Assembly: GCA_017459635.1 (NCBI GenBank) | Contig: JAFUCO010000066.1 | Coordinates: 4,797-68,796 of the forward strand | Direction: 5' to 3' | DNA: 64,000 bases | DNA from: Blautia sp. | Lineage (GTDB): Bacteria > Bacillota > Clostridia > Lachnospirales > Lachnospiraceae | In this document: in pieces, positions 57,944-64,000 of the stretch | Numbering within the stretch: the first letter of the stretch is position 1 | Layout: each line of letters opens with the position of its first letter | The notes under the pieces: generated by a model | Seen by the model: only the letters and a program-made list of their open reading frames with translations | Databases searched by the model: none | Told to the model about the DNA's origin: nothing | Position numbers and translations under genes: made by a program

Positions 57944-60513
57944 ACTGTGTTCACTTCCTGGGCATATCTTACGGTTTCCATGGCATCCCGGCAGTATCTG
58001 TCGGCACCTATGGCGTCTGCGTATTCCTGTGTAAGCACTGCGCCTCCCACTGCTATTTTTGCCCAGGGGGCCTGCTCTCTCAGGAGCTTTATGGTTCTTT
58101 CCATTGCCGGAACCGTTGTGGTCATAAGAGCGGAAAGTCCCACAACAGGGGCGTGAAGCTCTACAACTTTGTCGGCTACAACCTGCTCCGGAACGTCCTT
58201 TCCAAGATCAACCACATTGAAGCCGTAGTTTTCCAGAAGCAGCTTTACGATATTCTTTCCTATATCGTGAATGTCTCCGTGCACCGTTGCGATGACAACG
58301 GTGCAGAGATCGCTCTTCTCTGATGTACCTTTTTGCGCCGCTGCGTCCCTGATCTTTTCAAATGCGCTTTTAGCTGCCTCCGCAGCCATAAGAAGCTGCG
58401 GCAGGAAAACCTTTTTTTCTTCATACTGCTTACCCACCACATTGAGGGCCGGTATTATGTCATTGCTGACAATTTCCATACCGTCAATGGTCTTAAGCAG
58501 CTCCTGTACTATATTTCCGGCCTGTTCCTTACGCCCGCGTATTACCGCGTTCTGAAGAACAGACGCAGCTTTTGAAGAAGATGCGGAAGCACCCCTGCTC
58601 TTTCCGCCCTTCCCGGCGGGATCAGGTGCAGGAGTATTCAAGCCTTCCTTACCGGCAGGCCCGGCAGCAGATGTATTTATTTCTCCTGCGCCGGAAGATG
58701 CAAAGCTGCTCCTGGAAGTTCCCGCAGCACCGAACGCTCCCGCATATGCTTCCGCGCGTTCTCTCAGGGCTTCTTCCCTTTCTTCCGCGGCTTTTACTGC
58801 ATACTCGATATATTTCTGGCAGTTCTCATCCATATCATGGAGGGCTCTGTAGGCATAATAGACATTCATCATGTCTGCAGAATACGGATTCATGATCGCT
58901 GCCGAAAGGCCCTTTTCCAGTGTCATGGCAAAAAAGGCCGCATTCACAAGGCTGCGCTCCGGCAGGCCGAAGGAAACATTCGAGACACCAAGAGAAGTAT
59001 TCACTCCAAGATCACGGCGTATTCTGTACACCGCTTCTATTGTTATCATTGCAGATCTTGTATCCGCACTGATAGTCATTGCAAGAGGATCAAAAATAAT
59101 ATCCTTCGGGGCTATTCCATACTGCGCAGCTTTGCAGAGGATCTTTTCTGCGATCCCGACCCGCCCCTCAGCCGTATCAGGAATTCCGTTCTCATCAAGA
59201 GTCAGGGCTACAACAAGTCCTCCATATTTTGCGGCAAGCGGGAAAACCGCATCCATCACTTCTTCCTTTCCGTTGACGGAATTGATCATCGCTTTCCCGT
59301 TGTAGATACGCAGTGCTTTTTCCATCGCAGACGCATCTACGGTATCTATCTGAAGCGGAAGATCTGTGACTGCCTGAAGCTCCTTAACGATAAGCTGCAG
59401 CATCTCAGCCTCGTCGATATCGGGGAGTCCTGCGTTGACATCCAGCACATGAGCGCCTGCATCCGCCTGTTTTATCCCCTCTTCCAGCACATAATCGATA
59501 TCCCTGTCCCTGAGAGCCTGCTTAAAGCGTTTTTTTCCGGTAGGGTTTATCCTTTCGCCTATGAGAACCGGACCAGACCCGAATTCTACAGCATGAGTGT
59601 ACGAAGAAACGACCGTCCTGTTCTTTGCGGTCACAGGAACCGGGGCAAGTCCTTTTGAACGCTTTACCACCGCCTCTATATAGCGTGGCGTGGTTCCGCA
59701 GCAGCCGCCTGCTATTCTTACGCCTTTTTCCATAAGTGCACGGATCTCATCCGCAAATTCGTCCGGAGACACATCGTATACCGTCCGCCCGTCTTCGCTC
59801 CTTGGAAGCCCGGCATTCGGCTTCAGCAGCACGGGAACGGACGCGCAGGCAAGGTATTTTTCGACTACCTCCTTAAGCTGTGAAGGTCCCAGCGAGCAGT
59901 TGGCTCCGATGGCATCGGCCCTCATCCCTTCGAGCATGGAAACCATAGCTTCCGGAGATGCGCCGGTCATCAGCTTGCCGTCGCTTCCGTAAGCGTTGGA
60001 GACAAAAACCGGAAGATCTGAGTTCTCTTTTGCCGCCAGGAGTGCCGCCTTTGTGTCGTAACTGTCATTCATCGTCTCGATAAAGATCAGGTCAGCACCT
60101 GCTTTGACTCCTGCCCTAACTGTATCTGCATATATCGATACAGCTTCTTCAAAGTCAAGATCTCCGTATGGTTTCAGCAGTTTTCCTATCGGTCCTATGT
60201 CCAGTCCGACAAATTTCTGCTGAGTTCCAGTGCTCTCCTCCATCGCTCTCCGCGCGTTCATCAGGGCCGCTTTGACCAGAATATCCAGCTCCTCTGCAGA
60301 AAACTTGAGACTGTTTGCGCCGAAAGTGTTGGAAAGCACAACGTTGCTGCCGGCGTCAAAATAGGATTTCTGTATCCTTACTATCTCGTCCGGATGTGTC
60401 ACATTCCACCGCTCAGGCAGCTCTCCGGGGACAAGCCCGGCTTCCTGAAGAAGCGTACCCATCCCGCCATCCAGAAACAGGAAATTATCCTTCATGTATT
60501 CAAGTATGTTCAT
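57940..60513 (-). CDS. metH: Cobalamin-dependent methionine synthase (Hcy-, pterin- and B12-binding domains; no activation domain)
   Basis: LDGGMGT, GANCSLGP, GGCCGTTP, IGERINPTGK, GDIHDIGKNIV, SALMTTT. Confidence 0.93.
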   Translation of the reverse strand: MNILEYMKDNFLFLDGGMGTLLQEAGLVPGELPERWNVTHPDEIVRIQKSYFDAGSNVVLSNTFGANSLKFSAEELDILVKAALMNARRAMEESTGTQQKFVGLDIGPIGKLLKPYGDLDFEEAVSIYADTVRAGVKAGADLIFIETMNDSYDTKAALLAAKENSDLPVFVSNAYGSDGKLMTGASPEAMVSMLEGMRADAIGANCSLGPSQLKEVVEKYLACASVPVLLKPNAGLPRSEDGRTVYDVSPDEFADEIRALMEKGVRIAGGCCGTTPRYIEAVVKRSKGLAPVPVTAKNRTVVSSYTHAVEFGSGPVLIGERINPTGKKRFKQALRDRDIDYVLEEGIKQADAGAHVLDVNAGLPDIDEAEMLQLIVKELQAVTDLPLQIDTVDASAMEKALRIYNGKAMINSVNGKEEVMDAVFPLAAKYGGLVVALTLDENGIPDTAEGRVGIAEKILCKAAQYGIAPKDIIFDPLAMTISADTRSAMITIEAVYRIRRDLGVNTSLGVSNVSFGLPERSLVNAAFFAMTLEKGLSAAIMNPYSADMMNVYYAYRALHDMDENCQKYIEYAVKAAEEREEALRERAEAYAGAFGAAGTSRSSFASSGAGEINTSAAGPAGKEGLNTPAPDPAGKGGKSRGASASSSKAASVLQNAVIRGRKEQAGNIVQELLKTIDGMEIVSNDIIPALNVVGKQYEEKKVFLPQLLMAAEAAKSAFEKIRDAAAQKGTSEKSDLCTVVIATVHGDIHDIGKNIVKLLLENYGFNVVDLGKDVPEQVVADKVVELHAPVVGLSALMTTTVPAMERTIKLLREQAPWAKIAVGGAVLTQEYADAIGADRYCRDAMETVRYAQEVNTV

Positions 60514-60706
60514 ATATTTACTCCTGTGAAAACCGCTCCAGACACCGTGAAGTTCCGTTTACGTCTGTATCACTGCTGCAGCTGCTTCCTTCATTAAAAC
60601 TGCTTCACTACATTGCCGACTTATTTCACTACAGCCGCCTCATTGCAGCAGCACTTTCCTTTTATAAGGCTGCCTCACTGCTGCCGTTTTCCTTCAAAGC
60701 TGCAGA

Positions 60707-61570
60707 TTATCTTCTAAGGCCTATAATTCCCGTCACGGATTTTGACGGTGACATCAGCAAAGAGGAATCCAGGGTTATCCCCAGCCTGCGCTGCGCATTG
60801 ACAAGGGAAAGTATCTCCGGCTGTACAGCCAGATAGAAGTCCGCAAAACCCGGAGAAAACCTGGGCCTTGTCTCAAAACCGTAACTGCGTGCGGCTTCAT
60901 TAACCTCATCATTAAATTTATCACACAGTGCTTCAACTCTCTCCGCGCCTATTGCCTGCAGAAATGCTCCGCAGGAAGGCTCACTCTTTTCGTACCGTCT
61001 TATCAGCCTGTCGATGCCCGCCCCGGCAGTTGCCGCAAAGATAACCACCCCGGTGCATCCCTCAAGGTTTCTCTTAAGCGCCCGCGAATACTGTTCAAAT
61101 GGAAGTATCGGAAAGGCTTCATCCTCTGCAGGCTCCCATCGAATCGGAGCATATATGTAAGATACCCGATAAGACATGGCCCCACAGGTGATCGAAACAG
61201 ATCGTTCCAGCAGTTTCAAAAGTCCACTGTCAAGTAGTCCATCCGGTTCTGACAGTGAAGAATTTATGCCGCTGTCAGAGAGCTGTTCGCCGGTGTCAGC
61301 GGGCTTCTCGCAGCTGTTATTGAGCTGTTCACCGCTTTTACTGAGCTGTCCACCGGTTTTATCGGACTTTTCGCCACAGGCATCCGCATCTTTTTTTCTG
61401 TTTTCTTTGTTTCTCAGAACGTGCAACGGTATCCCGGCATACCTCAGCACCTCTCTTCTGTCCACTTCTGGAATCTCATCTTCACGATATTCCCGGTAAA
61501 GCGCAGGCGTGCCCGACTCCGGGTATTCCAGAAATGATCCCTCAATTCCTTTATATACATCCAGAGGCAT
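60707..61570 (-). CDS. Stand-alone methionine synthase activation domain protein
   Basis: EVLRYAG, FAATAG, RPRFSPGF, MSPSKSVTGIIG; between metF and metH. Confidence 0.85.
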   Translation of the reverse strand: MPLDVYKGIEGSFLEYPESGTPALYREYREDEIPEVDRREVLRYAGIPLHVLRNKENRKKDADACGEKSDKTGGQLSKSGEQLNNSCEKPADTGEQLSDSGINSSLSEPDGLLDSGLLKLLERSVSITCGAMSYRVSYIYAPIRWEPAEDEAFPILPFEQYSRALKRNLEGCTGVVIFAATAGAGIDRLIRRYEKSEPSCGAFLQAIGAERVEALCDKFNDEVNEAARSYGFETRPRFSPGFADFYLAVQPEILSLVNAQRRLGITLDSSLLMSPSKSVTGIIGLRR

Positions 61571-61641
61571 ATTTCTTCCTCCCAGAAAGCTTCATCCATA
61601 TCCGGTTTAACGAACTCTCACAGGGCTGTCCGCCGGCTGCT

Positions 61642-62532
61642 TTATCTTCCAAAGTCCTTACCCAGTATTGCCGAAAGATTTTCCGTGATAGCCTTTGCAA
61701 CGTCAGGCTTGTTCATTGAATAGACATGAACATTGGTTATTCCGTTTGCATAAAGGTCTATGATCTGGTCTGTCGCGTAGGCTATGCCGGCCTGCTTCAT
61801 AGCGTCCGGGTCCTGTCCGAAGTAATCCACCAGGCTCCGGAACCTCTGGGGCATAAAGCTGCCAGAAAGGCTGATGGCTCTGGCGACCTGTTTCGCATTT
61901 GTGATAGGCATTATTCCCGGAAGCACCGGGACCGTCACACCGGCCTCCCTCAGTTTATACAGAAAATTGTAAAACAGATTGTTATCGAACACCATCTGGG
62001 TTGTCAGGAATTCGGCTCCCGCATCCACCTTCTCTTTAAGAAAACGTATATCCTCCTTCTGGTTCGAGCTGTCCGGGTGAACCTCCGGATAGCACGCTGC
62101 CCCGATGCAGAAATCAGCGCCGCTCTCCTTAAGCTCACGGACAAGCTGTATCGCATGCTGATAATCCCAGCCTGCCGGGTCGGTTCCCATAAGCTCCGGT
62201 GTCAGGTCACCCCGGAGCGCCATTACATTCTCGATCCCTGCATCGATCATGTCCTTTATCCGTTCCCTTACCGTCTCTCTGCTTGAAGAAACACATGTAA
62301 GATGGGCAAGCATCGGAACATCATATGCATCCTTTATATCCTTTGCGATCTCAAGTGTGTATCTGCTTGTTCCTCCTCCGGCTCCGTATGTCACGCTCAT
62401 AAAAGAAGGCCTGCACATTGCGATCTCCCGCGTTGCCCTGTGGACACTCTCCAGGCCGCTTTCCTTTTTGGCCGGAAACACTTCAAATGACAGTGACATT
62501 TCCTTTTGATTTAAAATATCGATTATCTTCAT
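61642..62532 (-). CDS. metF: 5,10-methylenetetrahydrofolate reductase
   Basis: SFEVFP, SVTYGAGG, AHLTC, ALRGD, YPEVH, KVDAGA, PGIMP. Confidence 0.96.
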   Translation of the reverse strand: MKIIDILNQKEMSLSFEVFPAKKESGLESVHRATREIAMCRPSFMSVTYGAGGGTSRYTLEIAKDIKDAYDVPMLAHLTCVSSSRETVRERIKDMIDAGIENVMALRGDLTPELMGTDPAGWDYQHAIQLVRELKESGADFCIGAACYPEVHPDSSNQKEDIRFLKEKVDAGAEFLTTQMVFDNNLFYNFLYKLREAGVTVPVLPGIMPITNAKQVARAISLSGSFMPQRFRSLVDYFGQDPDAMKQAGIAYATDQIIDLYANGITNVHVYSMNKPDVAKAITENLSAILGKDFGR

Positions 62533-62778
62533 AGTTTACCTCTCATGCCTGCCGGCATTTTAATACAGTCTTCGACAATCTGTTTTTGTTACTATTCACG
62601 GCCGTAAATAGTAACCCCGATTTGGTTTGCACTATATAATAGCAGAAAATAATTGAGATTTCAGCAATTCTATAATAAAATAAAAAAGAATTCCCTGTGA
62701 ATAGCAGCATGTGAATGAATACTGTTTGTAATGTAACTGTAAATAGCAGCATTACTATTTATGGAAGGAGATATGTCG

Positions 62779-64000
62779 ATGATAACTAACGATAAGGGTA
62801 TTGTGGATCTTAAGCATTTTATCATGCGCGAAGTCTGCCGTCTTGAATGGGAGGATGCTCTTACACACGAAAACCGTGAGAAGCTTGTCCACGACATAAG
62901 TCCGGGTCCCAAGCCTGAGTATCGCTGCTGTGTATATAAGGAGCGGGAGATCGTTCGTGAAAGGATCCGTCTGGCCACCGGCCTGGATTCGTCTGTACGG
63001 CATCCAAAGAAAAATGTGGTCCAGGTCATCCGGGCCGCCTGTGACGACTGCCCTATCTCGGCATACACCGTTACCGACAGCTGCCGGTTCTGCCTTGGAA
63101 AAGCCTGTCTTAATGCCTGTCGTTTTGGCGCCATCGCTCCTGGCAGCACCAAGATGCATATTGACCCGGACAAGTGCAAAGAATGTGGAATGTGCGCAAA
63201 ATCATGTCCATTCGGTGCCGTCGTCCATATGGAACGTCCCTGCAAAAAAGCCTGTCCCGCCGGCGCCATAAGCCATGACGAGTACGGACTTTGTGTTATT
63301 GATGAGGAAAAATGCATCCACTGCGGGCACTGCATCCACAACTGCCCGTTCGGTGCGATCGGATCAAAGATCTTCCTCGTGGACATTATCAAAGCCATCA
63401 AAGCCGGCAGGCGCGTAGTTGCCATGTGCGCCCCCGCGACCGAGGGTCAGTTCGGCAAGGACATCACCATGGGCGACATACGGGCTGCACTCAAAAAGGT
63501 TGGCTTCGCGGATATGGTCGAGGTTGGCCTTGGCGGAGACATGACTGCCGCTTATGAAGCAAAGGAATGGATCGAGGCAAAAAAAGAAGGCCGCAAAATG
63601 ACCACCTCCTGCTGCCCTGCCTTTATTTCGATGCTGCGCCATTTTTACCCCGAGCAGTATGAGCAGAACAAAAGCACGACGGTTTCACCGATGGTCGCTG
63701 TTTCCAGATACATAAAATCCATGGATCCTGACTGCATCACTGTTTTTGTCGGACCATGTATTGCCAAAAAGGGAGAGACTCTGAACGAAAACATCGCAGA
63801 CCGCCCCGACTACGCTGTAACCTACGGTGAGATAGTGGCTCTTATGGATTCAAGGAATGTGGAAGTTGTTCACACGGATGAAGCCTATCAGGAGTCCTCC
63901 ATCTATGGAAAGAATTTCGCGGGAAGCGGCGGTGTGGCTGCAGCGGTTCTGGAAGTCATGGAGGAAATGGGCGAGGATACATCCGGCATCACACTGCTTA
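62779..64000 (+). CDS. Monomeric [FeFe]-hydrogenase, group B type (runs off the window edge)
   Basis: Hand translation MITNDKGIVDLKH..., YRCCVYKER, several CxxCxxCxxxCP ferredoxin motifs, H-cluster motifs TTSCCP and GPCIAKKGE; RBS aaggag. Confidence 0.88.
   Translation, partial: MITNDKGIVDLKHFIMREVCRLEWEDALTHENREKLVHDISPGPKPEYRCCVYKEREIVRERIRLATGLDSSVRHPKKNVVQVIRAACDDCPISAYTVTDSCRFCLGKACLNACRFGAIAPGSTKMHIDPDKCKECGMCAKSCPFGAVVHMERPCKKACPAGAISHDEYGLCVIDEEKCIHCGHCIHNCPFGAIGSKIFLVDIIKAIKAGRRVVAMCAPATEGQFGKDITMGDIRAALKKVGFADMVEVGLGGDMTAAYEAKEWIEAKKEGRKMTTSCCPAFISMLRHFYPEQYEQNKSTTVSPMVAVSRYIKSMDPDCITVFVGPCIAKKGETLNENIADRPDYAVTYGEIVALMDSRNVEVVHTDEAYQESSIYGKNFAGSGGVAAAVLEVMEEMGEDTSGITLL

Noticed and set aside
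1-64000. rRNA, tRNA, integrase, transposase or prophage genes
   Set aside because: None recognised by eye; a short tRNA or small RNA could have been missed without a covariance search.

Overview
Bacterial chromosomal segment whose gene content, T-box regulation and repeat families point to an anaerobic Firmicute (Clostridia, probably Lachnospiraceae-like; inference). Left end (1-8.7 kb), an AT-richer accessory/defence region: 5' part of a type III-A CRISPR-Cas operon (cas6, truncated cas10), a degenerate two-repeat/one-spacer mini-array with leader directly upstream, two ATPase-PD-(D/E)XK nuclease genes, and two small double-glycine-leader peptide genes whose cores are tandem repeats and which share a conserved upstream motif. 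8.8-24.8 kb is a visibly GC-richer glycoside-utilisation island (GH78, GH106-like, GH2, monosaccharide-type ABC transporter, YesM/YesN-type two-component system) bracketed by a duplicated 3' end of an alpha/beta-hydrolase gene. The rest is mostly core metabolism: FN3 surface protein, dnaE, two amino-acid ABC transporters, a third ATPase-nuclease, rsmJ, feruloyl-esterase-like hydrolase, araD, Trp T-box-trpB2, pgi, fsa plus YbiW-type glycyl radical enzyme and activase, split cobalamin-dependent methionine synthase with metF, and a truncated group B [FeFe]-hydrogenase. Intergenic DNA carries at least three families of palindromic repeats. Best candidates for novelty: the co-regulated multi-core peptide pair, the type III mini-array, and a structured repeat whose core is inverted between copies. 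All family calls come from motif recognition by eye; no searches were run.
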